This document shows positions 9,554-20,612 of a stretch of 46,666 nucleotides of DNA, piece by piece. The notes beneath the pieces are model-generated. The model saw nothing but the letters and a program-made list of their open reading frames with translations. It was not told the DNA's origin and made no database searches. Source of the stretch: Prasinococcaceae sp. CCMP 1430 (Eukaryota; Plantae; Prasinodermophyta); assembly GCA_013416795.1 (NCBI GenBank), contig RQSC01000032.1, forward strand, positions 350,271-396,936. Direction: 5' to 3'. Every line of letters begins with the position of its first letter. The stretch's first letter is position 1. The translations under genes and the position numbers were made by a program.

Positions 9554-12500
9554 GTGCACGCCGCGCGCGCGCCGCGGGCGACCGCGGCGGGGCGGCGGGT
9601 GGTGCACGTCGTGCCGCACTCGCACTGCGACACGGGCTACAAAAAGACGTATGCAGGATACCTCGCCACGGAAGTCAGCAGTGTGCTGTCTTCAGTGACA
9701 GCCGCGCTCGACGCCGACCGCTCCCTGCGGTTCGTGTGGGCGGAGGCGAGCTACCTGACGGAGTGGTTGCGTGACATCGCGACGGCGCGCGAGGCGGCCA
9801 CGTTCCGCGCGCATGTCGCCGACGGGCGCATCGAGCTCGTCAACGGCGCTTGGTCGATGCACGACGAGGCTGTGACGACGTTCGCCGCGCAGCTCGCGAA
9901 CCTGCGTGCCGGTCACGCTGCGCTCCGCGCGGCCCTCGGCGAAGACGCGTACCGCCCGCCCCGGTACGTGCGCCCGCGTTTGCGCCGTTTCGTGTGCGTG
10001 CGTTTGCGTTCGCTTCTCATCGTATGCGGCGCTGACCCTACCGCTGCGATAGGGTCGGCTGGCAGATCGATCCGTTCGGTCAGAGCTCGTGGAGCCCGCG
10101 CTTCATGGCCGAGGCGGGCGTGGATGCCTGGGTGACCAACCGGGTGGGCTCATCGCGCAAGCTCGCCATGCGCGCGAACAGGACGCTGCAGTTCGTGTGG
10201 CGCGGCGCAACCAACGGCACGAGCGCCGCCGCTTCCGAGGGGCCGGGGGTGCTGACCCACACGTTGGACACGCACTACTCCAGTCCCGACGGTTTCGATT
10301 GGGAGAGCAGGGTGAAGCCCAGCCTTGCTGTGACGCCTGCGAACGCCCACGAGCGGGCGCTCGCGCTTGTAGAGGTCGCAAAGGAGCGCGGCGCGTGGTA
10401 CCGCACGCGCCACCTCCTTTTGCCGTTCGGCGAGGACTTCCGATTCCAGCGCGCGGAACACGAGTTTGGCAATATGACGCAGATTGTCGACGCAGCGAAT
10501 CGGATGGCTGATGCGACCGGCATCGAGTTCCGGTACTCAACCGCCTCTGAGTACTTTGCCGCTGTGGCGTCGGACGGCGTGGCGTTCCCGTTGCGCGCCG
10601 GAGGTAGCTTGTTGCCGCTAGTGGACGAAGGACATCCAGGCGCGTGGACGGGCTTCTACAGCGGGTACCCTGCGCTCAAGCGACGCATCCGCGAGGGCGA
10701 CGAGCTCGCGGCGGCCGCCTTGGCCGCCGTGGCCTTCGATGGGAGTAGCGTCGCGCGCACGGCCGCGCAGGCCATGAGCGAAGAGGCGAGCATCGCCCAG
10801 CACCACGACGCCATTCCTTTCACGGGCTACCCATTCAACAACAGAGACTACGCGGAAAGGCTCGAGCGGGCCTCGCCCGGAGGATACGCGGCGGTTGCCG
10901 ACGCTGCTGAGAGGCTGCTCGCAACAGGTGCCAGCTCGTCGTTGGGCGGCTGGTCTGCGCGCTTGGGCGTGGCCCCCTCCGACGAAGTGGTTGGCATATC
11001 TGAGGGAGTGGGCGCCGATCTGATCGTTGCAGCAACGACGAGTGGCCTCGGCTCGTTGCGCCAGACCCCGCGTCGCGAGATCGTGCGCTTGCTGGTGTCG
11101 CGTCCAGACGTGCTCGTGACCGAAGCTGCAACTGGGCGCGCAGTGCGTTCGCAGGTGGCGCACGCGTGGGGCACGTCTGGAAGCGCGGCCATGCCGGATG
11201 CAGCGCTGGCTTCGGATGCGGTGTACGAGCTCGCATTCATCGCGAGCGTGCCAGCAGCTGGCGCGTCAGCATACCGTCTTGATTCATGCAGCACGTTCTG
11301 CGATACGGACCCGCCATTTCCCCCTCCCGCCCAGGGCTGTGCGGAGATGGTCGTCGAGACGAACGGCGCAGAGGCCGCGGCCGGTGGGCTCGCTTCTGCT
11401 GGGGCGGCGCTTGGCGTGGACGTGGCAACGCTCTGGCCATCGTCTATCGGCTTGAGCTCTGGGACCGCCTCGCAAAACGCAAGCCTCTCGATTCACTTCG
11501 CGGCGTACAATGCTTCGACGGACACCGTCTACAAATTCGAAGGTGCTGCACCACCCGTGCGCATCCCAACCGACGTCATTTCCCTGACTGCAAGGCGCGG
11601 ACCGGTGGCGAGCTCAATGCGTTTTGAGATCGCAGGGGGCTTCGCCATGACGCTGGAGGCTTGTGCAGACGCCACCGCTACGGACGCAGGCCACTTTGGC
11701 ATCGAGTGGACGACGCCCCCCGCGACCAGCGGGCAGGCACTTGCCGTTGCGATCGCCGTCGATGGCGGTCAAGCAGCTTCCACGTTCCCATCAGGCGCGC
11801 CGGCGGTGCTCGAAGTCGAGGAGAACGGGATGGTAGACTACATCGTCCGCGGGAGGTTTGACGCCTCTCAGCCAATCGGCCACAGCTACAGACCCATAAC
11901 GGGACTTGCCCGCGTGGCGCTGCCCGGCGGTCCGACAGGCTGGTTTTTGGCGCTCGAGGTTGAGGCCGCCGTGGGTGGGACGTCCCCCGCGCCCGGGCAG
12001 ATCGAGCTCACGCTGCAGCGCAGGATGGAAGCACAAGTTGGTATCGATCCAACAAGCCGCGTCGACAGGGGAGTGGATGTGGCGGGCTCGCGAAGACGAG
12101 CGCGCCTCGGCTTGTCGTATGCCGTCGAGAACGATGGCGACCCTGGCGCTGCAGCCCCTCCTCCGCGCGCGAGCGCTCTGGCGCCGCTGATGGCGTTCGC
12201 TCGGCAACGCGGAGTCGGCGGCGCTCCCCAGGCCTCACCTCTCGCGCGAAGCGCGCAATGGCTCGACCCTGGCGCCATTCCCAATGGGAGTAGCGTCACA
12301 CTGGTAGCCGCATGGCCTGCGGTCAATTCGGCGGACGAAACCGAAACGCGCGTTGGCATGACGTTTTTCAACGCTGGACACGAACAGGTGACACTAGATC
12401 TTGACGCGCTGCTGGCGCCCCTCGGTGGCGTCTCTGCGGCGGTCGCACTCGCGGCCGACGGTATCCAGAGCGCAGAGTGGGTAGCCGCGCGGCGCGTGTG

Positions 12501-12741
12501 GCCGGTCAGTGGTCGCACCACAGCTGGCTCTGAGAACGGTGCCGCCAAGGGAGGACTGGACGGGACCCCGGTGCCGTGCAGCGTCATCGACGTGCGCGCT
12601 CGCGCGCTCAGCCTCGCGCCGCGCCAGCTGTGCACTGTGGGGGCATCGCTTGGTCAGGCGCGTGCGAGCGCGCTAGCAGCTGAGTCAAGGCTAAGCCCCC
12701 TCGGTGCCCCGCTGGTCGCGCCTGCACGCCCTGTTGAATAG
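9554..12741 (+). CDS. GH38 alpha-mannosidase; exons ~9554-9963 and 10053-12741; no ATG (5' end abuts plastid DNA)
   Basis: VHVVPHSHCDTGY, WAE and GRIELVNGAWSMHDEA. Removing intron 9964-10052 (GTACGT...GCTGAC...TAG) restores RVGWQIDPFG (nucleophile motif). PFGEDF, WTGFYS and QHHDAI follow. Confidence 0.9.
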
Positions 12742-12786
12742 AAATCCCTCGATTAAAAATCGCAAATCTCGCGATCGCACGAGATC

Positions 12787-14310
12787 TTAGTCCGTGCGGA
12801 CGCTCACGAGAGGTCGCTGCTGCCACTCGGGGCACCAACGTGATGTGATGCCGAGGCACGTATTGTCAGAGCGGAGTGCGTTGCACAGTTGCTGCCTGAC
12901 GTCCGCGCGAAGCTGCTGCGGGGTCAACGAATAGCGCCCGACCCGCGCGTGGCATTCGTCCCTTGCGCCCGCGTGTGCACACGACGGCTCCTCCTTGTCC
13001 GCAGGCTCGCGCCCGACTAGCGCGAGCAATGTGACCCAGTCCTGTGGAGACGGTGGACCGTTTGTGTCGGGCGCAAGCGTGCGGGCGCATCACACGCAAC
13101 CGTGAGCCCGCCAGAGCGATGCGCCGACGACGTTTTGTCAGCGTGGATGCGCGCCCTGGCTGGCACGCGCGTGCAGACACGGCCATGAGACACATGCAAT
13201 AGAGGCGCGCCGCACCTGATCCATCGATTCGACGTAGCCAACGAAATCATATCTGTCAGAAAAGGCAGGCACGATGGTCGACTGTGGCAAAAGGTGGACG
13301 TCGAGGGGGTCGGAGGGGTCGTAGCTCTCCATGACGAAGCGCTCAAGCGTCATTTTGAAAGTGGTGCCGTTGTTGTGCTCCAGTAGCGCACGGATGTTTT
13401 CATGTCGTGCGACGACGTCGTCGTGCAGCCACCTCGCTGTGAGGATGGTATTGGCGTATGCAACCGAGTTGGACTTGAAAACGCGCCTCAAACTCTCCTG
13501 AAAGCCTGAGATGAAGCGCTCTATGGGATCTCTCAAGAAGACCACTCGCAAGGCCTCCGGTGGCACTTCGTAGAATTCGAGCATTTTCACCCCGGTCTCG
13601 CCAAACAACGCGGTGAGGAGCGCACGGAGGGTGCTGCTGCCCGCCTTGGGCACGGGCGCCACCGCCACGCCCGCGTCTTTCACATACGCAACATGTCTAA
13701 CCCAAATATGATCACCGTCCCTGTGCGCGCAGCGCGCCCGCAGGCCGTGAAGCTCGCGCGGACGCTCTTCTCCGCGCTGCTGCAGCAGCAAGAGCAGGGT
13801 CTCGAGCCTGAGCCGCACTTTCACTCGCTGCATCGGCCCCGCTGACGGCTCAAGCCCAGACGAATGGTTGCCCATGCCCATCACGAGGGTAGACACATCA
13901 GACACGGTGGCGTTGAAAGGTGGGTGCAGCTCCTCTGACAGGAGCGGTGTATAGGGCCGCCTGCGTCCGCTCACGGTAAAACCATGCCCTGTTTGGTCGT
14001 CGAGAGCATCGGCAACAGCGTCCGCGGACGAAGAGGGCTGTTCCTGTCGCCGTTGCAGCGGGGCTGCGTGGGCTGCCGTCGCGCACTGGCAGGCCGCTGC
14101 GGCCAAGCCAACGATGAATAGCAAACGCTCCGCCGTGCTGAAGGTCGCCGCGCCTCGCCTCCCTCTCGCGTACCGGCCCCGCACCTGCGCTCGGTGCGAT
14201 TCGGCCGAAGCTTCGGCTCCCGCTATTGCGCCACGCTCGGTCGCCAACGACGTGAGCAGCGCGCGACGGGCGCGCCCGCACGCCGCAACGACGCTGCTGA
14301 TAGAGTTCAT
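12787..14310 (-). CDS. Golgi-type sulfotransferase (Sulfotransfer_2 / CHST-like); exons 14310-13216 and 13041-12787
   Basis: N-terminal hydrophobic anchor, 5'-PSB VPKAGSSTLR, 3'-PB FLRDPIERFISGF, HLLPQ and YDFVGYVESM. A phase-0 GTGCGG...CAG intron gives MDQ|DWVTLL and ...LCNALRSDNTCLG. Confidence 0.85.
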
Positions 14311-14841
14311 CTCCACGGGCCAATGCGAAACGGCGCCAAGACCGGCAGCGTGTGCGCACGCGGTCGGGGAAGGAGGGTGACGCGGGGCGCGGCGCGGCCG
14401 AGGCGGAGAGCGTGGCAGGCAGCGGGTCGCGCCCGCGCGACACCTTTGCACCGGACTGGGGTGGGGTGGGTGGGTGCTGTGGCGCGCAGGTCCTCTGTCT
14501 ATCCTAGCCGCACAAATGTCTGCCGATTTTGAGCTGCGCGAACAAATCTGCGGGACAAAATGCTTGCGCAGCACGAAGCGTCGCAGTACGGCGCTGCGCG
14601 CTGTAGTGCGTGGCGAGGCAAAGTGCGTGGGGTGGCCAGCGGTGCCACAAAGCGCGCGAAGAGCGCCACCGCGCCCCGAGCAGGCCTGCGAGCGTGCGTC
14701 GTGTTCAGGTTCAAACAATTACTCTACACTTTTACGGATGGGTGCGGACGTCTCCCAGCACGAAGGAGGCTGTGTGGTCGCTGCAATTCCACGCGCGTGT
14801 GTGTTTGTGTGCGCGCGTGTGCGTGCTTGCGCGCCGGCACG

Positions 14842-15657
14842 CTACCTCCTGTGCCTCTCTCTGCTCTCGTTATCGTCGATGGCGACGAGCGCGCACGCCA
14901 TTAGCAGCAGGTCCACATCCGGCGCGATGGTGAGCACGTACTCGTCCCTGCTGCTGAGGATGGAGCCCAATCCGTGTCTCGCGACGGCCACACGCGCACC
15001 GTTCCCGTAGCCCCCGAGCACAGAGGAGAGTCCGCGCTCACGATCGTGAAAGGTGTATGCAAGCTCCATCGCGGAGCCCGAGGCGGTCACGACCGGCCGC
15101 GTGTGCAGCAGGTCCCTCGGCCCCTCGTCGTCGTCCTGCTCGTCGGGGCGGCGGACAAAGATGTCGTAGGTAGGCCTCAGACGAAGGAGCCGCTTACGCA
15201 CGACCGCGGCGTCGCTGTCGCCGCCTGCAGCCCGCAGGCGGTAGACGGGCGCCAGCGAAATCGGCTGACGCCACACGTGTGCCACCGCGGCGCCCGAGGC
15301 GGCATCAGCGACGCGCAGCTCACGCACGAGCGGTGCGCCGACGCTGCGCAGCGACCAGAGCGTTTCGTCCTTGACCTTGCTCCTCCCCGTAGCATCGGCA
15401 GTGCCGACGAGCGACACATCATAGTCATCAGCGATCGCACGCTCCCGCACGCGGAGCTGTACCGCGCCGCGCCGCGCCGCCGCGGCCGCCCCCTCGCCGC
15501 CGCCCCCGTCACCCGCCCAGCCCGCGCCATCAAACGTGCGCAGCGGCACGGCCGGCGCCTCCACCGCCGGCCAGCCAGGAGGCGACAGCGCCGCCGGCGC
15601 GACCGCACCCTCCCCCGCCAGCGCGGGCGATAATTCCGCTGAGCCCGCCCCACCCAT
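14842..15657 (-). CDS. LURP-one / Tubby-C-2-like protein
   Basis: VRERAIADDYDV, LRPTYDIF, SGSAMELAYTF and C-terminal DEYVLTIAPDVDLLLMACALVAID. ATG at 15657. Confidence 0.75.
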   Translation of the reverse strand: MGGAGSAELSPALAGEGAVAPAALSPPGWPAVEAPAVPLRTFDGAGWAGDGGGGEGAAAAARRGAVQLRVRERAIADDYDVSLVGTADATGRSKVKDETLWSLRSVGAPLVRELRVADAASGAAVAHVWRQPISLAPVYRLRAAGGDSDAAVVRKRLLRLRPTYDIFVRRPDEQDDDEGPRDLLHTRPVVTASGSAMELAYTFHDRERGLSSVLGGYGNGARVAVARHGLGSILSSRDEYVLTIAPDVDLLLMACALVAIDDNESRERHRR

Positions 15658-15890
15658 GTGCGTCCCGGCCACCCCCCACCCCACCCCCCACCACACACCG
15701 CCCGCACACTGTGGCGCACGCGCGCGCTCTGGCGCTGCTAAAATCGAGGCGATGGATGGTGTGCGTTCCGCACACCTGATTAATTAATGCACCGGGCGCA
15801 GCCCCGAGCCCCTCGAGGTGCGCTCGCGCACATGAGCGTGCGCGCGCGCACGTGCGTGGGGACTGGGGAGGCGACCGGGGCGCTTGCTCT

Positions 15891-17397
15891 TCACCTCTGC
15901 ATCCACGCGAGCTTGAGGCCTGTGATCCTCTCCAAGTGCGCGTTGCGGGCGATGTAGAACTTGCGCAGGGTGTCCAGCACCTCAGGGTCGACGTGCGGGT
16001 GCGGTATGCCTTTGTCCTTGCCCGCACACGTCGTGGGCGAGTCGGGCGAGTGCCGGAAGCAATAAAAGCCGCGCTCCTCGTCAAGCACAAACTGCTCGGG
16101 TTTCACGGCCGGCGCCACTTCCAGAAAGCCCTCGAGGCTGTGCAACGATTCGTACGGCCGCTTGCGGAACTCGTCAAAGTCCAGGAAGAGGAACTGCTCG
16201 CGCGGGAAATACTCCAGCCATCGAAGCAGGTGGTCCTGCAAGTGCGTGCGCCAAGGGCAGCGGGCGCGGTTGCGACGAAGAGCGCAACGCCTCTTTGGTC
16301 AGCGTCGCACGAGGGGCTGCTGCCCTCGCGAGACAGAAGCAGCCGTTGCAGCACGCCGGGCGCATCTCGGCGCTCATCCGCATCCCTCCACTCCCTGCTC
16401 GCGCATTTCGCACCTGGTAGAGCCCCGCCTGAACGTATGTGTGCGCCTCGTTGACCGTCCCGTCTGGTAGCAGCACTTCCCCCTCGAATTCGTTGGGCTT
16501 GGGACCCTTGACGCGCCCGTTCTCATGCTCGTACACGCGCATGGCATAATTAGACACCGCACGCTCTACTGGGTCGCGCACAATGACGAGCAGGCCCATG
16601 CTCGCGCACATGCGCGCCGCGCGCGCTGGTGCGCCGTCCTGCACGCGCGCAGAGAGGAAGTTGAAGTAGTGCGGGCTCTTCTCCACGATCGTGAGCCCGT
16701 CGACATCATCGGAAGAATTCAGTGCGGGCATGCGCCTCCGATACGACCGGAGCCCCTCGGCGAAAAAGTTAGGCAGCACCGTGTCCGGGTCGTTGAAGAA
16801 GCGCGGCTCGCCGTCGGCAATACGCACAGCGGCGTTGACGGGCACCTTGAGCCAGTCACGCAGCGTGGAGGTCCCAGTCTTGGTGGGGCCGATACCAATA
16901 ACGCCAGGCAGGCAGCGAGTGGCGCCATCGCGCCCCGAGGGCGCGCACCGCGGCACGCTCGCGTTGGACGCCTCGTCCCAGTAGCTCTCGCACCCCCACC
17001 GCGCTCGTGCCGGCCGGCCGCTGCCTCCCACACCGCGCGCCGCATCCGCGGCGAGGAACGGTTGTCTGCGTGGCAGGCCGCGCTCATCCAACAGTCTCTC
17101 CCGCGCGTGCGCATCAACCCTGAGGGTGGCCGCCGGCACGGAGCGCGCCGCCGCTGGCGCCACGCGCGCATGCAGTGTCGCTTGTGCCCACAGCGTGATC
17201 AGCACCGCGCCTGCGAGCAGCGCCGCGCCGGCGACGGCGCCGTGGCGGCTGCGCGTCCGCGCAGGCTCCGACCAAGAGCACCGCACCGCACGCGGCGCCG
17301 CGGCGGCAGCTACGGCACCGCCAGCGACGACAGCGCACGCGGAGGGCCCGCGCGCCGAGTGGCCCAAGCGGCGCACGGGCCCGCGCGCGCCGCACAT
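15891..17397 (-). CDS. Sulfotransfer_1 protein resembling heparan-sulfate glucosamine 3-O-sulfotransferase; exons 17397-16414 and 16235-15891
   Basis: Type II membrane anchor, LPGVIGIGPTKTGT, EPRFFN, EKSPHYF, VRDPVERAVSNY, GLYQ|DHLLRWLEYFPREQF and RGFYC...CAGKDKGIPHP. The intron 16236-16413 is GTGCGA...CAG, phase 0. Confidence 0.88.
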
Positions 17398-17523
17398 CCT
17401 CGCGCCGACGGGGGAACAGCGCGCATCGGTGCGCCTCCAGGATGCGATGAGAAGTGGTGGAAGGATATGTTTAAAAATACATATAAATTACCCACGGGCG
17501 CATCATCGTGTGTCATTCCGAGA

Positions 17524-18990
17524 TCACACCGCCGGCCTGAGGTGGTACGCCTTGGGCCTGAGCATGGCGGCGAGGCCGTCGTGGCCGAGCGTGGAGCCCA
17601 CGCCGCTGCTCCTGCGGCCGCTCCATGGGAGCTGCGGCGAGACGCGATCGCAGCAGTTCCAGTAGGCGGTGCCGACGTCGAGGCGCTCCAGGACGGCGCG
17701 CGCGGCGGCCTCGTCGGCCGACCACACCGACGCGGCCAGGCCGAAGTCGGACCGGTCCATCGCCGCGACGGCCTCCTCGTCCGAGGAGACGCTGGTGACG
17801 GCCACCACCGGCCCGAAGCTCTCCTGCGTCATCAGCGATGAGTCGCTCGCGGGATTGACGACGACTGCCGGCGAGCAGTACGAGCCGGACACCGCGAGTG
17901 TTGGGTGCACTACTGCTCCCCGCACGACCTTGCCACCCGACGCCGCCAGCTGTCCTTCGATGAAGTCTGGCTGCGTGGTGAGCGCCAGTGGGCCGATGTA
18001 CGTGTCCTTCTTCATGGGATCACCCACCACGAAGCTCCGCACCTTTGCCACGAGCGCGTCGGTGAACTCCTTCGCCACGTCCTCGTGCACGAAGATGCGC
18101 TCGACGGAGCAGCAGCTCTGGCCGCTGTTGTACATGGCGCCGTCAGCGAGCGCTTCCGCCGCCTTCGCCACATCCTCGACGTCGGCGCGCACGTAAGCGG
18201 CATCCTTGCCACCGAGTTCAAGTCCCACGCGTGCCAGACGCGGCGCTGCGGCTGCTGCAGCCGCCACGCTCCGCCCGGCCGCCACGCTGCCCGTGAAAAA
18301 CACGCCATCCGCGCCGCTCCCGGCGAGCGCCGCACCAATCTCCTTCCCCCCCTGCAGCACTGTGAAAACCCCCTCGGGTACGCCTGCGTCTGCGAGCAGC
18401 TCCCCGAGCACGTGGCCCGTCAGAGGTGTCACCTCGCTCGGCTTGAAGAGCACTGCGCTGCCTGTCGGCAGCGCGGCGCCAAGCACGTTGCTTGCGACGA
18501 AGTAAGGGTAGTTCCAAGCCCCGATGTTGGCGACAACCCCCAGCGGCTCGTACTCGGTCATTTCTCGCACACCGCCACGGACGCCCACCTCGCGCGGCGC
18601 TGCAGCCTCTTCTGCGTTGCGTGCGAGCCAAATCAGTCTTTCCGCCGTCGCGCGCACCTCGCCGCGTGCCTGCCCGAGAGGCTTGCCCATCTCGGCGGTG
18701 AGCACAGCCGCCAGGACGTCGGCTCGCTCGCGCAGCAGCCCGGCGGCGCGCTCCATGACCGCGATGCGCTCTGCAAAGCCTGCCGCCGCCCACTCGCGCT
18801 GCGCAGCGTGCGCCCTCCGCAAGGCTGTACCGACGTCCCCCACGGTTGCTGCGGCGACCTCGCCCATCACTCGGCCTGAGCTTGGGTTGAGCGACTGCAG
18901 CGCCGGCGCGCCGCCGCCAGCAGCGGCGGCGGCCGCCGCCGCTGCGGCCGACGTGAGCGCTCGCGCGCCACGCGGCCTGAGCGCCGCCAT
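17524..18990 (-). CDS. Aldehyde dehydrogenase with probable organellar presequence
   Basis: AWNYPY, KPSEVTP, FFTGSVAAG, LELGGKD, NSGQSCCS (catalytic Cys) and ESFGPV. The N-terminus is Arg/Ala-rich. Confidence 0.95.
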   Translation of the reverse strand: MAALRPRGARALTSAAAAAAAAAAGGGAPALQSLNPSSGRVMGEVAAATVGDVGTALRRAHAAQREWAAAGFAERIAVMERAAGLLRERADVLAAVLTAEMGKPLGQARGEVRATAERLIWLARNAEEAAAPREVGVRGGVREMTEYEPLGVVANIGAWNYPYFVASNVLGAALPTGSAVLFKPSEVTPLTGHVLGELLADAGVPEGVFTVLQGGKEIGAALAGSGADGVFFTGSVAAGRSVAAAAAAAPRLARVGLELGGKDAAYVRADVEDVAKAAEALADGAMYNSGQSCCSVERIFVHEDVAKEFTDALVAKVRSFVVGDPMKKDTYIGPLALTTQPDFIEGQLAASGGKVVRGAVVHPTLAVSGSYCSPAVVVNPASDSSLMTQESFGPVVAVTSVSSDEEAVAAMDRSDFGLAASVWSADEAAARAVLERLDVGTAYWNCCDRVSPQLPWSGRRSSGVGSTLGHDGLAAMLRPKAYHLRPAV

Positions 18991-19158
18991 CGCACCCGCT
19001 CAATGCTCGGTACGCACGCGCCCTCCCTCCCCCTCTCTCTCTCGCTCACTCTTGGCCGCGCGCGCGTCGGCGCCCTACGCGCGCGCTGTGGGCCAACACC
19101 CCCCTACCTGGCGCCTCTGCTGCGTCGCTGCAGCTCCTTGCGACAAGCGTACGTAGCC

Positions 19159-20522
19159 ATGAAATCGGGTGCGCTGCGCTCGTGTGTGCGCTCCGTGGCG
19201 GCGCGCCACTGTGCGCCGCCCGCAGCGTGGCGCCGCGCGGCGGCGCAGACGCTGCGGGTCGCGGGCTAGCTTCTCGCGCCTCGTGTCGGCGGGCGAGGCG
19301 CGTCGCATGGCGTCGACGCGCCTGGTCAGCGCCGCTCGCTCGCTCGAAGGGCGGCAGCAGCGGCACGGCGGCGAGGGCGGCGCCGGCGGCGCCGCCAGCA
19401 GCGACAGCGGAGGCGCCCGTTGCGGCGAGGCAGCGTGCACCGCGCTCACAGGATGCTGGCTCGCGCGGCGTCGGGCTGAGCTCGCTGGTATTGCTCGCGC
19501 CGTGCGTGGCCACGTTCGGGCTCGGCGTCTGGCAGCTGCGCAAGCGCTCCGACAAGGCCGATCTCGTCGAGCTGCGCCGCGAGCGGCTCGCGGCGCCGCC
19601 AATGCCGCTCGCGGCGGCCGTCGCGGCCGCACGCCACGCAGATGACGCTGGTGCGCAGCTCGAGTACCGTCGCATCCTTTGCGAGGGCGAGCTCGACCTG
19701 GACAGGGCGGTTTACGTCGGGCCGCGCACCATTGCGCGCGCCTTCGGCGCGTCCGAGCGCGGCTACCATCTGGTCGCACCCCTCGAGAGCGTGGATGGCG
19801 CTGGAGATGACACGCCCCCAGTGATGCTCAACTTCGGCTGGGTGCCGCTAGCATGGAAGGATGAGGGCGTGCCGGAGGATGTGAAGGCGAGGATAGTGTC
19901 GACATCGCTCGCAATGGCAGCAGAGGCTGAGGCCGAGGCTGCAGCGGCGCGCGCGGGCAGTATTGAGCATGCGGACCGAGGCACCGTCGCCACCGCTGCC
20001 GCTGCACCGCAGTTCCGGCGCGGCTGGCGGTCATGGCTCGGTCTCGGCTCAGGCAGCAAAGCTAATGACGCAGGCGGAGCCGTTTCGCATCAGACGGGGG
20101 TCAACAAGCTGCGCACACGCGTCGTGGCGGTTGCGCGCGGCAGCGAGACGCCCTCGGGATTCGTGCCACCGAACGACCCGAGCGCGAACGCGTGGTGGTT
20201 CTTCGACGCGGTGGCGATGGCCGAGGCGCGCGGCCTGCCGCCGGGCACGCCGCTGCTGGACGTGCTGCGCAGCGACACGCCGGACAGTGGCTCAGGAGCT
20301 CTGGCGCTCTCGGTGCTCGACCCGCGAGCGATCCCCGCCGCTCGCGCCCCGCCGCTCTCAAAGGCCGCCGGCGAATTCCTGAAGTTCCCGACCATGCCCG
20401 ACGGCCACCTTCAGTACTCGCTGACGTGGTTCGCGCTGTCGGCGGCCACGAGCATCATGGCCTACCAGCGGCTGCGCCAGCACATTCTGCCCAAGGCGCC
20501 GCGTGCGCGCAATCGAGCGTAG
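19159..20522 (+). CDS. SURF1: Surfeit locus protein 1 (cytochrome c oxidase assembly); proposed exons 19159-19168 and 19249-20522
   Basis: TFGLGVWQL.R, LEYRRI, VYVGPR, GYHLVAPL, LNFGWVP, FVPPNDP and HLQYSLTWFALS. The main frame lacks an early ATG, but a GTGCGC...CAG intron at 19169-19248 joins ATG19159 in frame (start is inferred). Confidence 0.88.
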
Positions 20523-20612
20523 CCTTGGAGTGCGAGCATTGCACCCTCACGCGTTATTTATTTACACATAGACTATCTGATAACAAGTGTCCGCACAGCC
20601 GCGAGCGAGCGC

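Noticed and set aside
8067-9698. Complete 543-aa RpoB with a novel C-terminus
   Set aside because: Residues after RDI derive from the GC-rich mannosidase region in a different frame.
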